Below, one piece after another: positions 37,356 through 49,548 of a stretch of 60,000 bases of DNA. Position 1 is the first letter of the stretch. Each line of letters opens with the position of its first letter. The notes beneath the pieces were generated by a model. It searched no databases and was not told where the DNA came from. It worked only from the letters and a program-made list of their open reading frames with translations. The position numbers and the translations under genes were made by a program. Source of the DNA: Malacoraja senta (taxonomy: Eukaryota); contig CM075990.1 in assembly GCA_038087875.1 (NCBI GenBank), positions 13,270,001 through 13,330,000 of the forward strand, read 5' to 3'.

Positions 37356-37842
37356 GAGGGGTAGGCCATTTTGGACTGAAATGAGGAAAAACGTTTTCAC
37401 TCAGAGAATTGTGAATCTGAAATTCTCTGCCACAGAAGGCAGTGGAGGCCAATTCACTGGATGTTTTCAAGAGAAAGTTAGATTTAGCTCTCAGAGCTAA
37501 TGGAATCAAGGGATATGGGGAAATAGCCAGCAGTGCTAGGTTGGTATGGACTAGGGGATTGTAAAATGTCGTGAAACTAAATGGTTTCCGTGTTGTACGA
37601 CTGCCCCACTTCACATTTATTCATCTCGCAGCAAACCACGTTCAATCACATTTTCAATATTTTATTTTTTTTAAACACATTGATCCAGTTTTGCTCATTC
37701 TCATTAGAAACGATTGCCCCCACCATCCAATAATTAAAATGCAGCTGTGTTTGTGATACAAGACCAAATGAAACTACTTCCCCTGCAGGGGTGAGAGCAC
37801 TTGAAATGGAAGAGGAACGATGTTGGCCAGTCAACTGCGCAC

Positions 37843-39344
37843 AAGATGATTGTGTGGCACAGTGTCTGTGATTGTACAGCTGTGCCTGAAGAGCTTGCTT
37901 CCTGTGTGGCTTACTGTTGCAAATGGATGCGCGTACCCTAGACTAAACCCCACAGAGACTGGAAACGCTGGGTCTATTTTCTCTGGAGTGGAGGAGGTTA
38001 GGTGGAAAGTTGAGAAGAAATAAAATTATTGTAAACTTACAAGAGGTGTAGGTGGCGTAGACTGCAAGAAGCTATTCCCTAAGTCAGAGGTAGACAAAAG
38101 CCCAGGATATAGATTCAGGATAGGATATATACGTGATTTAAAGGGAATCTGAGCAGGAACATTTTTACCTGGAGATTTAGAGGGGATTTATTTTAACCAA
38201 GAGCGAGGCTAGTCCCTGGAATACATTGCCAGTGAGAGTGATGGACGAGAGTCACTAACAGCATTTAGGAAGTGTATGGGTAAATACTTGATTTGCCTTC
38301 ACATCAAAGGCAATGGATCAAGAACATGGAGATGGGATTAACATGGAATGGTGTCCACTAATTGGCATGGGAGGATTGTGCTGAATAACCTGACTGTATG
38401 TCCCTATGCAACAGATTAATGCTAGTTTAAACTGGGCTGCACAGGTGATTGAAGTCAGGCCATAAGTGCCGAAATTCTACCTTCCACTATATATCTTTTC
38501 AATTTTTAAAGTATGCTGTGAACTGATACGACTGCAAACGTAAAACACTTTTGGTGAGAAATATTATTCGGCACAAATTAGGGTAAGACCTTGCCAGGAC
38601 AACATTTATACTGCAATGAATCCTTACGCACAGTAAATCTGAGAGTTGCTATGATACAACAGTTGGTTTAACATTGAAGATGGCTTGTGTCAGCTGAAAG
38701 GTCATTTGCGAGAATAATCCATGCATCAAGCCTGTTATTCTCTCTCGTATCTAGCTGGAGATACAAGGGACTGCAGCTGCTGCAATCTTGTGTAGAACAC
38801 AAAATGCTGGAGTAACTCAGTGCGTCAGGCAGCACCTCTGACGGACACATTTCAGACTGCCTGACCTGCTGAGTTACTCCAGTACTTTATGTTCTACAGT
38901 AAAACTTGACAGCATATAGCCAAATATTGGCAGCTCTGGGTTGATTATATTGATCTATAAAAAGACTTATTATTTCACTATATTAGTTATTTATTGAACT
39001 TTTTATTTTTTCTCTCTTCCCCCGTTATGTACTATGTTTACATATTCACATATTCTGTTGTGCTGCAGCAAGTAAGAATTTCATTATCCCATCCAGGACA
39101 TATGACAATAAAACACTCTTGACTTGACTCTTGACTAGATTCAAGGTCTGGAATAGCCTTTCGCCTCGGTATTCTCCTTTAAGTCTGGAGTGGAGGAGGT
39201 TAGGTGGAAAATAGACCCAGCGTTTCCAGTCTCTGTGGGGTTTAGTCTAGGGTACGCGCATTCATTTGCAACAGTAAGCCACACAGGAAGCAAGCTCTTC
39301 AGGCACAGCTGTACAATCATAGACACTGCCACACAAATCATCTT
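37843..39344. repeat. Inverted duplication (37843-37981 versus 39207-39344) with a linked 27-bp direct repeat
   Basis: Direct sequence comparison; only a few mismatches or indels. Confidence 0.93.
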
Positions 39345-39781
39345 CCTTTAAGATGAATCCAACTCTTTGGCCAAGCTTCAGTTTGTTCTTCCTGATATCC
39401 CCCCTATGAATCCTGGTGTTTCATTTTGATCTTGTGATATGCATTGAGACATTTGACTATATTAAGGGTGCTATTTTTGTGTCGGTTGTTCTCATTTGTA
39501 GTCTACAATGCTAGAAATTCATGGGTTGGGTGATAAGGCAGCGTATCAGAAGTAACTCCCTGGTCCTGTGTGGTAGGTGAATGCTGATGTGCCCTCATGT
39601 TCATCAAATACCAAGACCCCATCCTCAGCCTTGGCCTCCGGGAGAATTAGACCGGGATTGGAAAAAATGTGGATATTTCCTCTGGGTGTTGGTCAATGCC
39701 CAGGGTGAAGCAGAAGCTAAACGTTATTCCCTGATCATGTATCTGTACACTGTGAACGGCCCGATTGTAATCATGTGTCTC

Positions 39782-40630
39782 GGTGGGCGGCGCGACTCTC
39801 GTCAGCAGCGGCCTCTGCAGTCCGTCTGTCTTTTTATTATTTTTGTCTCGTTTTTATGTAGTTTTTATTTATTTTTTTGTCGGGGTATGTGTGTGGGGGT
39901 GGGGTGGGGGGGGGGGGACTTTAAAATCTTTCCTCTGCACGGGAGACCCGACCTTTTCTTTGTCGGGTCTCCGTTGTCGTTGGGGCTGGGCAACGTGGAG
40001 CGGCCTCCAGCAGGAACGACCTGGGGCTCCAGTTGCGGAGCTGCGGACTACTCACCGTCGCGGGGCTGGCCGAGTCCGGAGCGGGTGGAGCTGTGGTGGA
40101 GCGCTGCTGCGACCCGACCCCTGGAGATTCGGAGGCTACAACCGCGGGTCTGGCGGACGGCAACACCGGAAGCCCGCGGGTCCCTGGTGGGAGACCGCTT
40201 TTCGGGGCTTCCGCAGCGGCGACTTCTCCCGCCCGAGCTGCGGGGTTGAAGAGCACCTGGAGCGGGGCTTTACATCACCGCCCTGCGCGGCTTGGAATGG
40301 CCGCGGGACTTTGCGAGCGCACGCCGGGGCTCTAACACCAAGACCCGGTGCGCGACCTTGCATCGCCTGGCGTGGCTTTAATGGCCGCGGGATAATCACC
40401 ATCGCCTGCCGGGGGCTTTGACTTTGACTCTGACATCGGGGGGGGGGGGGTGTTCAGTGGAGAGATAAGTTTTTTTTGCCTTCCATCACAGCGCTGTGAT
40501 GGATGTATGTGTAAATTGTGTTGTGTCTCGGGTCTTCTTCGTTTTGTAATGTATGGCTGCAGAAACAACATTTCGTTTGGGCCTCAACGGGGTCCAAATG
40601 ACAAATAAATTGTATTGTATTGTATTGTAT
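39782..40630 (+). mobile_element. GC/CpG-rich non-autonomous retroelement with AATAAA and (TTGTA)n tail
   Basis: Interrupts a common repeat at gattgtaatcatg|...|atgtattgtctttccgctga; its 3' part resembles reversed fragments at about 3680-3845 and 58545-58705. Confidence 0.7.
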
Positions 40631-40802
40631 GTATTGTCTTTCCGCTGACACAACAAAAAAACTTCCACTCTACCTCGGTACACGTGACAATAAACTAAAA
40701 CTGAAGTGGCGACCAAAGAACATCCATTTTCTAAGCTAACGGAAAGACACAGAAGAACATTGGAAGGGGATAAACATTTTGCAAGTCAAATATTAAATGT
40801 CC

Positions 40803-40808
40803 TTTATT
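40803..40808 (-). terminator. Candidate PLA2G12B poly(A) signal
   Basis: tttatt on + (AATAAA on -), about 315 nt after the stop. Confidence 0.6.
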
Positions 40809-41120
40809 GGTCGTACAAGTCACCCGACCCGGTTCCAAAATATATTGGCAAACGGCTGTTAATATCTCCCATAAATTGACATAAAATCATCATAAATTTT
40901 CGATCCATCCAAGATATGATGGGTCAAATGGCCTTGTTCTATGTCATTCCACGAAAAGACCAGGAAATAAATAATTTACCTAGTTCCGGTGTTGTATATC
41001 CATGCAGCACCTGGGAGAGATACAGTTTATGTACAGAGAGAGTCAAGTGTTCTAAAGTCACGGAGCCACGAGTGACGCTGGACGTACAGACGTGTGCACG
41101 TGCAGAATTGGTCTTTGTCT

Positions 41121-41239
41121 TCAAAGCTCCTCTCTTTCTTCCTCCGTGCAGATACACGCTGACCTCTGACTGTTCATGAAAGGCCGACATCCCAGGGTCC
41201 ACACCGCGTTGAACATGGTGTCTGCCACCGATTCACAGG
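41121..41239 (-). CDS. PLA2G12B: PLA2G12B exon 4 (last coding exon)
   Basis: (A)[41 protein letters not shown]; the four exons total 597 nt, or 198 aa plus stop. Confidence 0.97.
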
Positions 41240-41324
41240 CTAAAAGGAAACTTTAGGTTTAAATAGCTCCTTATTTGTCCTTACCAAACTACTCCAAAGC
41301 ATTTAACACCCATAGACTTAAATA

Positions 41325-42125
41325 AGGCCTTTGATAAGGCTCCATATGGTATGTTGTTCCGGATTGCATTAAATTGATAAGATTGCATCGGATCCTCGAG
41401 AGCTAGCTAAATGGACACAGAATTGGCTTGATGGAAGGAACCAGAGTGCGGTGGTGGAAGGATGCATTTTGGTTTGGAATTGGTTGGTGACTATTGGTGT
41501 GCCTCAGGAATGAGTGCTGGACTCATTGTTGTTTGTGGCTCATTTCAATGATTTGGATGAGAATGTACAAAGCATTGTTAATAAGTTTGCGAATTATACT
41601 AAAGTGGATGATATTGTAGAGGGTAAAAATGGTTATCAAAAATTATAACAGGCTTTTGATCAGCTGGGCAAGCAGGTTGAGGAATGGCTCATTAGGTTTA
41701 ATGCAGATACGTGTGAGGTGTTGCATTTTAGGAAGTCAAACCAGGGCAAAACCTTCACAGTGAATGGTAGGGGCGATGGGAGTGTTGTAGAACAGAGGGA
41801 TCTAGGTACAGTTACATAGTTCCCTGAAAGTGGTGTCACAGGCAGATGAGGTGGTCACAAGGCTTTTGGTACATTGGTTTTCACAAAACATTGCCTATTT
41901 CCTTCGCTCCATAGATGCTGCCGCACCCGCTGAGTTTCTCCAGCACTTTTGTCTACCTACTGAGTGTAGAGGCTAGGACATTATGTTATAGTTGCACAAG
42001 ATGTTGGCGAGGCCACATTTGGAGTACTAAGTTTGGTTTTGGTCAGGATGGGAAGGATGTTATTAAGCTGGAGAGATTTACAAGGATGTTGTCAGGACTT
42101 GAGGGGCTGAGCTATAGGGAGAGGA
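41325..42125 (+). mobile_element. Old degenerate CR1 RT fragment in PLA2G12B intron 3
   Basis: aaggcctttgataagg (KAFDK), ggtgtgcctcagga (GVPQ), tgtgaggtgttgcatttt (CEVLHF), with many disablements. Confidence 0.8.
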
Positions 42126-42335
42126 AAGAAAAACATAAAAGATGGAATTCCAAAACAGAAACAGAGATGCCTGCAACATTTTCAAATGCTTATGCGTACT
42201 TTGTGCATTTCTGGTATTTATCTGGAGTATTTTTGATCCAATTTGCAAGCCATCTCTATCCTATCTCTAACACCTTCTTGTGGCAGGTTAAATCTCGAGT
42301 TTTCAACTGATATCTTTCTCAGGTGAAATATTTAC

Positions 42336-42501
42336 CTTCAACCTTGGACACAAAGCCCAGACTTTTTTTGAGGTCAGAGCAAATTCCGTAGAGGCACCAA
42401 CGGAATTTGGCATCACAACGGTACTTGTTGGCTCCACATGTGTCGTAGCAGAGATCGAGCATGTTGCAACACTTGGTCATGGCTGGGATACCCAGGTCAA
42501 G
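42336..42501 (-). CDS. PLA2G12B: PLA2G12B exon 3 (pseudo-active site)
   Basis: [55 protein letters not shown]; ag/gt boundaries; 166 nt. Confidence 0.97.
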
Positions 42502-44026
42502 CTAAAAGCAAAAGAATAATATTACATGGGGTAGGTTTAGAGGCTGGAACCACATTCTACTCCGATTCCCAGTGGAACATAGTATTTCTAAAAGCATTAA
42601 TCAAATGTAGGAAAGAACTACAGATGCTGGTTCAAATCGAGATGGACACAAAATGCTGGTGTAACTCTGCAGGACAGGCAGCAAATCTGGAGAGAAGGAA
42701 TGGGTGATGCTTCGGGGCGAGACCTTCTTTCCCCTCTCTCTCTCTCTCTGGCTGCTCAATGCAAAGCCCCTGAATCTCTGAATTTGAAGACCTTGAGCTG
42801 AAGCAGGGTTTTGACCCGAAACAGCGATGCCTGTTTCGAAATGGGTTTTGATGGGTTTTGACCCATTCCTTCTCTCCAGAGATGCTGCCTGTCCCGCTGA
42901 GTTACTCCAGCGTTTTGTAAATATCATTAGAGTGCATGGTTTGTCAGCTACAGTGTCAGCACAGAGATGGGTTTTTAATTGGGAAAGCATTATTTGTTCA
43001 AAAAATTTCTACTCACATTTTACTAAATAAAATACTTTGCACTTACATTCTTTGTCAATTACCTACCTCATTGGTGACCCACGGACTGTCCTTGATCGGA
43101 CTTTGCTGGCTTTACCTTGCATTGAACGTTATTTCCTTATCATGTATCTATATCATGTATCATGTATCTTATTTATTTTTTATATGACTGTAAGGAAAAT
43201 GGCATTTTATTGTCTCTTAATTGAGACAATGACAATAAATTGAATCCAATCCAATCCAATCCAATATACACTGTAAATGGCTTGGTTGTAATCATGTATT
43301 GTCTTTCCGCTGACTGGATAGCACGCAACAAAGCTTTTCACTGTACCTCGGTACACGTGACAATAAACTAAAACTGTAATGAAAACTGTATTTAACAAGG
43401 CTTCACCTCCTCTTTCAGATGTTACCACCAGCTCTATAAATCTCGTTCAATCTCTCACTGTCACAGACATCCCTTTATATTCTCTCTGCCCTTTTCCTCT
43501 CTCTACAACTTGCTTAACATATAACCTTTCCTATTTCTAAACCTTAACTCTGTTTCCCTCTCCATAGATGCTGCCTGACCCATTAAGTATTTCCAGCATT
43601 CTCTCATTTTATAGAAGTCCTTTCAGGACATCCAAGCGGATCGCAGCTGACACTATAGTCTTCTTGTATGGCTGTAAAAAGTAATGTAACAATCAATTCT
43701 CCACAGTAAATGTCCACCAACTCAATACAATGATGAATGAATAATCTGTTCAAGTGCTGCAGGCTGAGCGATAAATATTGCCCAGGACATCAGCCAGGAC
43801 ATCATGTTCTTCTTTGAAATAGTGGAGCGGGATCTTTTATGACAGAGAGCTGCTGTTAACATCTCATCCAAGAGGAGGCAGCTTTGACTGTAGCAGTTCA
43901 ATAAATCCAGTAACTTGACCTTGATCTTGACCATCCGCATGTGGCAGGCAGGAAAAGAAAACGGCCAATGCACTCACCTACCTCCAGCATGGGGAGGCGG
44001 TCAGATTAGATATCTGTACACAGAAG

Positions 44027-44415
44027 CAAAGATCCTATAGTAAGCAAGATAGACCACTCCTGCTAAATGCAATGGGCTGACGTGTAGTACGCAACGGAGC
44101 GGAACGTGGGCCTTTTTTTCATCCATTTCAGTAACCCGACCCGACTCGCAGTGTAATCAACGTTGCGGGGGAACAGTTTGTGTTAATAAATTATAATTCT
44201 GAAAATGAGGAGAAGATTTTTCCCAAATAACTTATATTTTTACGAGGATGTTTTCGTAACCGGCTTCCGTCTCCGCACTAGTATCCTATGGGATCTTTGG
44301 TGCGGAGACGGAAGCCGGTTACGGAAATGGGGCCGAAAATTACCCATGAATCTGCCCATGACCGTACTACGTCTTTTTCGTCGAGTGATCTGTCTTGCTC
44401 GCTATGGGATCTTTG
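44027..44415. mobile_element. hAT-type MITE with perfect 8-bp TSD
   Basis: TIRs caaagatcctatag.../...ctatgggatctttg; TSD cacagaag at 44019-44026 and 44416-44423. Confidence 0.9.
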
Positions 44416-44753
44416 CACAGAAGTGTGATGCAATTCCACAGCCTTTAGGCTCATTAGCACTGGAGTTTCAGGCATCATTACAGAGTTGATGAGACACAAG
44501 GAATTGCATTTGCTGGAATCTTGAGAAAAACGCAAAGTGCTGGAAAAACTCAGCAGGTCAGGTAGCATCTGTGGAGGGAAATAGACATGACTTCTTCAAG
44601 AAGGGCCCCGACCCGAAACGCCATCTGTCCATTCCTCTCCACAGAAGCTGCCTGATCTGTTGAGTTCCTCCAGAACTTTGTTTCTTGTTACAGACATGAA
44701 TCATTATTGCAAGATGATTAGTATAAAATTAAAGTTGTGTTTTTAGTACATAC

Positions 44754-44842
44754 AGTGTCTGGTACCTTGAGTCCTAGGAAACTTGAGCTGCAGCCATTTG
44801 GCTCAGGCACCTTATACTCTGGCCTCGGTAGAGGTGCCTTCC
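44754..44842 (-). CDS. PLA2G12B: PLA2G12B exon 2
   Basis: ttcccag acceptor; (G)[29 protein letters not shown]; gtatgt donor; 89 nt. Confidence 0.95.
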
Positions 44843-45929
44843 CTGGGAAGAGAGAGAGAACAGCGTGAATTATCCTGGTTTCATATCAAAGTATTCTTTC
44901 TTAATTTTGGAGCTTAATCCAAAACTCTCAACAATCATTTTGCCTTCTCTCACCTTCAGATACGAAACTTGCAGAAATAATACATCTTTATGTAATAACA
45001 TATCCCAAGAATCCTTCTGTGATCATTCTCAAACAAAAATGTGATACCCAGAAATATTGGGGTTCATTGTTTGTGTGGTTCTGATCAAAGCACTAGACTT
45101 TAAGGAAATTGTTGCTGATGGAGAGACAGGAGAGATTTTGATGAGGAATTCTAGATGTTAAGGCTTTGGCAGCTCCAAGCTTGGTCTTCAATGGGTGGCG
45201 ATTAAAACTAGGTAAGAATAGGATGCTGGAAAATGCTGCAAGTCGATATCTTGGAGAGTTTAAGTCTATAGAAGGCTGTGGAGATGGGTGACGACGTGTG
45301 ATTTTAAAGTAATTCTTTCTTTTATTTATTTATAATTTTAATATAATTTAAAATACTGCTTTTTGCTAGTCGAAGACCCAGTGTAAGTCACTGAGAACAA
45401 GGGAGAGGAGTCAAGCAAGTCTGTCATTGATCACAACTCTTTCTTGATCAACAACTTGCTTCCAAATTGTTTCCAGTTGAAATGGAGTCAAGCTAAGTCA
45501 AGTCAAGTCAAGTCACATTTATTTATATAGCACATTTAAAAAACAACTCTCGTTGGCCAAAGTGCTTTACATTTGTTATAAGAATAGCACAAACAAAACA
45601 AACTACATACATGTAGCTAAGATCCAAGCAAAAACAGATCTGGCTTCAATATCCGTTCTCCAAAGCCAAGATTAGCCCACACTCGGTCTTCAAATGGCAA
45701 GATTTGGAAAACACTTGTATATGTGCACATTGAGTGATTCAGCTCTGCATCCTTCCGGAAGCTTATGTCTCTGCTTCAGGCTTCAAACATCAGGAAGAGT
45801 ATGTCTCTCTTTTACCCTACTCGTGACTAAGCACTGTCCCCTGGCAATCAACTTCCATCATGAGACCCTGGACAATGTGGACCACTGTATATTTTAGGCT
45901 ACCTCTCATTGAAGGCGGACATTAATGGT

Positions 45930-46400
45930 GGAGTTCATTGTAACCCAGTATGCCAGGTCAAAGCTTGACCGAATGAGGACCAAAGGCCCAGACCTCAAAC
46001 CAGGCACCAAACGCAACGTCTACCAAAGAGCAAAGTTCTTTGCACTCTCATTTACTTCAAACTCATGACAACTTACAGTAGACTCTTCAAAACACTGACA
46101 GAATTAACCACAGGTCTCTCCAATAAATTGCTTGGCAGGGAACGATGATATCAGTGTCAGTTCTCAGGCTAACATGTCAAGGCTCAGCTACCACTGTTGG
46201 GTCAGCCACATCATTCTCATACTTGCCACTAGATGCTGAAATGTGTATTATACATTGAGCTCCGTCACGGCAAGGGACCTTCAGGGGGACAGAGAAATCG
46301 CTACGATGATATTTTGAAAGCCTTCTTGAATAGATGTGACATCCTCACCAATTCACCAACTCAACGTATGCAGTATGAGCATTTGGAAAGGCACAGAACT
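45930..46400 (+). mobile_element. Degenerate RTE-clade LINE fragment
   Basis: LYIELRHGKGPSGGQRNRYDDILKAFL resembles the RTE/BovB C-terminal region. Confidence 0.55.
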
Positions 46401-46908
46401 CTGAGCCTCTGTGACAGGAGCGTATGTAGCCTACACAAGGAGCTCGCATCGTCCCAAACCACTCGCTCACCAGCACTGTCAAACTCTGTGACAGTCTGCA
46501 ATCTGACAAAGGATTCTTCAACCTCCTCACAGGGGTGGGTGATTGCAACCTTCACATGGTCCGCCCTGTTTCGACGAATGCAATCAACCTGGCGTGCACA
46601 ATCAAAAAGATCAAATAGAACAAGTTGTCCTACAACTTTAGGCAGCGCACGCCCTACACAAGAAGAAGAAGAAGAACCACCTCACAAACCACATGGCTGC
46701 TCAAGTCATGGAGCAAGTCATCTTCAATACAAACTAGCTACGATCAAGACGAATGTGGGCGAACAAGTTCGGAGAGGGGTTAGGGAACGTCTGAAGAAGC
46801 TGATGGTGGTCAGATTAGAAGATGGAGGTCAAATAGGGGACATGGGCTTGCTCTCAGAGTACAACATGAGAGAATAACAAAGAAAGTCTTCCACGACATG
46901 CCATCTAT

Positions 46909-47330
46909 TTTTTTATTTAAAAAAAAAAAAAAATTATTAGAAGTACGGTAATTTACAGTAATACACAACACTTATATCTTAATACATTTTTTACACCGCT
47001 TCATTTTTTTAGCTTTAAGAGAAAGATAGAAGTAAGAAAAGTAAAGAAAGTGCGCAAGAGTCATGAAGTGCAAAAGAGTGTTGTGAAAAGAAAGCCCCTT
47101 AGAAAAGAAGTTAGAGAAGGAAGTAAAGTAAGAAAGCAGATCCTAGAAAAGAAAGAAAAAGAAAGTAGGAACAATCGCAGAAAGGGAACCACCGACCAAG
47201 TCTGTTTTTATTGTTTTACCTCCCATTACCAGGTCCTGATACCATTCTTTATTTATTTATTTTTTAAATTACTATTGCACCTCATGCTTGTAATAGGTCC
47301 AAAAACGTAGACCACGTCTTTTGGAATTGG
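46909..47330 (-). mobile_element. L1-clade 3' fragment with 15-bp TSD
   Basis: TSD cgacatgccatctat at 46894-46908 and 47331-47345; shares ttattagaagtac and agaccacgtc with the 28646 copy. Confidence 0.85.
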
Positions 47331-47497
47331 CGACATGCCATCTATAACACATCAAAAACACTTCATATGTATATAACTTTGACATGCTGTTAAGTCAATA
47401 ACAGCAGAATTCATTTGGCAAGAGTTACAACCCACTTAATTGCTTTTTGTTGAGGAAGGAATGTTGCTCAGGATACCAGAAGAGCTCCCATCTCCTT

Positions 47498-48535
47498 TTA
47501 CAGAACAGCTCGATAACATCAACCCCACCCTCTGTCTGTGGTCTCTGCACTCGTGCTCTAGTTTAGGACTTCTTGTTTGCATCTGTGAATGTTTGACCAA
47601 TCATTCACTGTCGTCAGTGGGTTTCTGCCTGAGTTCGAGGGTTCGTGGATGTGAGGGTGAGAGGAGTTAACAACAATCCCAGGAAAGTGTTACAGATCAT
47701 CAACAAAATGTGGTTACAGAACATAGAACAGTAGCACAGGAACAGGCCCATCAGCCCATTATGTTTATGCCATAAACTGAATGTTTATTCATGTCTGAAG
47801 AAGGGTCTCGACCCGAAACGTCACCCATTCCTTATCTCCAGAGATGCTGCCCATCCTGCTGAGTTACTCCAGCAATTTGTGTCTATCTTATGTTTATGCC
47901 AAGCAACTTCCAGAATGTTGCATTTTACTGTTGATGTAACCTGTTCTGAAGAATAGTTACCAATGAATTCACCCTGGCTGGTAGAAGTAACTGGGCTAGA
48001 AAGCAGTTTACAGCATTGGAATCTGTCTCCAAAATTCTATTGAAATGAAGATTCTAAAGGGGGATGAAATGGAAGATATTGAGATGTTTCAACTCATAGG
48101 AGACTCTCAAACACGGCAGATCTAATTTCAAGGTAAGGAGGTGTGTTTTTTTTCAAACTGAGGTGCATAAGAATTTTTTCTCTCAGAAAATGGTGAATGG
48201 AAGCAGATAGGATAGTGCGACTTATGAGGCTTTTAGATAGACACATGAATATGCAGGAACTGGAGCGATAGGCGATCACGTGCAGGCAGAGGAGTTTAAC
48301 TTGGCTTCATGTACGGCACAGACATAGCAGGCCGAAGGCCACTGTTCCAAGGTTTGTTGTTAACACATCTCACCCTCACATTCCCAAACCCTCGAACTCA
48401 GGCAGAAACCCACTGACGACAGTGAATGATTAATCAAACATTCACAGATGCAAACAAGAAGAAATCCCAAAGCAGAATATGAGTGCAGAGACCACAGAGA
48501 GAGTGTGGGTTTGTTGTTATCGAACTGTTCTGTAA
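47498..48535. repeat. Inverted repeat pair of about 190 bp (47498-47690 versus 48341-48535)
   Basis: Both arms translate to near-identical pseudo-ORFs on opposite strands (LLVCICECL.NHSLSSVGFCLSSRV). Confidence 0.93.
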
Positions 48536-49185
48536 CCCGCAGTAACTTCAATATCAGTGCAAATCATTTTGTGGCTCCTTTTGGTTGATGGCACGTTTTT
48601 TTCCTTTTGTCGTTGTTGTGTGTAGAACATTACAGCACAGGAAAGGCCCTTCGGCCCACAATGCCTGTGCTGAACAATGATGCCAATAAACTAATTGCAT
48701 TAGTTTGAACTAAACTAAACTAATTGCATCTGCCTGCACACCATCCATAAATCTCCATTCCCTGCATATCCATGTTCCTAAGAAAAGCCTCATAAACACC
48801 ACTATCATATCTGCTTTCACCACCTACCTGGCAGCGCGTTCCTGGAACCCACAACTCACTGCGTAGATAAACTTACTCCTTTAAACTTTAAAGCTTAAAG
48901 CTATGCCCTCTTTGACATTGTCTTTGACAAAAATGCCTTTGACATTTCCATCCTGGGAGAAAGGTTCTGACTGTCTACCCTATCTATACCTCTCATAATT
49001 TTATATACTTCTATCAGGTCTTTCCTCAACCTCCAGCGTTTCATATGAAACAATCCAACAAATCCAAGTGTATTTTATCTGAGTACTGTTTCTGGATGTG
49101 CATTTCCACTGCTGGGATCCATTTACTTTGAAATATTCTTTCACCCCCCCCCACCCCACCCCACTTTCCCCAGTTTTGCACTTAC

Positions 49186-49408
49186 CGTATCGGCACTTGT
49201 ACTGACACACGCCGTTCCTGCCACCGAGGAGCTCCAGAAATGAGTCAAAGTACCCGTTTACTGCCTCGAAGCTGTCCCGGATGGTTTCAATGCCCCAGTC
49301 GGCGGTGGTGGTCGCGTTCTCCGGGGCTGCGGTAGTGACTTTGATTTCTTCCTCGCAGTGTGCCACCGAGAGGGCTAGCCCCAGGACGATCACAACCCCT
49401 CCTCTCAT
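49186..49408 (-). CDS. PLA2G12B: Group XIIB secretory phospholipase A2-like protein, exon 1
   Basis: [18 protein letters not shown] signal peptide ... [39 protein letters not shown]|gtaag donor; 223 nt. Confidence 0.97.
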
Positions 49409-49519
49409 GGTCACGGACACTCGGGAGCTGGAGAGATTGGAGGTGAACAGCACCAAATACCAGATCAACTAAAGCAGGTTGCACACCAGAACACAAGCTG
49501 TTGTCCAGCCACTCGCTGG

Positions 49520-49548
49520 TGGACTTTTAACCCTCATCTTTCTTATCT
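49520..49548 (-). promoter_or_regulatory. PLA2G12B proximal promoter with HNF4-like DR1 and GATA site
   Basis: Minus strand GGGTTAAAAGTCCA (49520-49533) and AGATAA (about 49543-49548), 110-140 nt upstream of the ATG; mammalian PLA2G12B is a known HNF4A target. Confidence 0.5.

Noticed and set aside
39581..40421. Long overlapping ORFs of 212-222 aa
   Set aside because: By-product of a GC-rich repeat; open in several frames with no recognisable domain
46233..46877. 214-aa ORF antisense to PLA2G12B
   Set aside because: Mosaic of decayed RTE, a short (GAA)n-tailed repeat and unique sequence; no coherent protein
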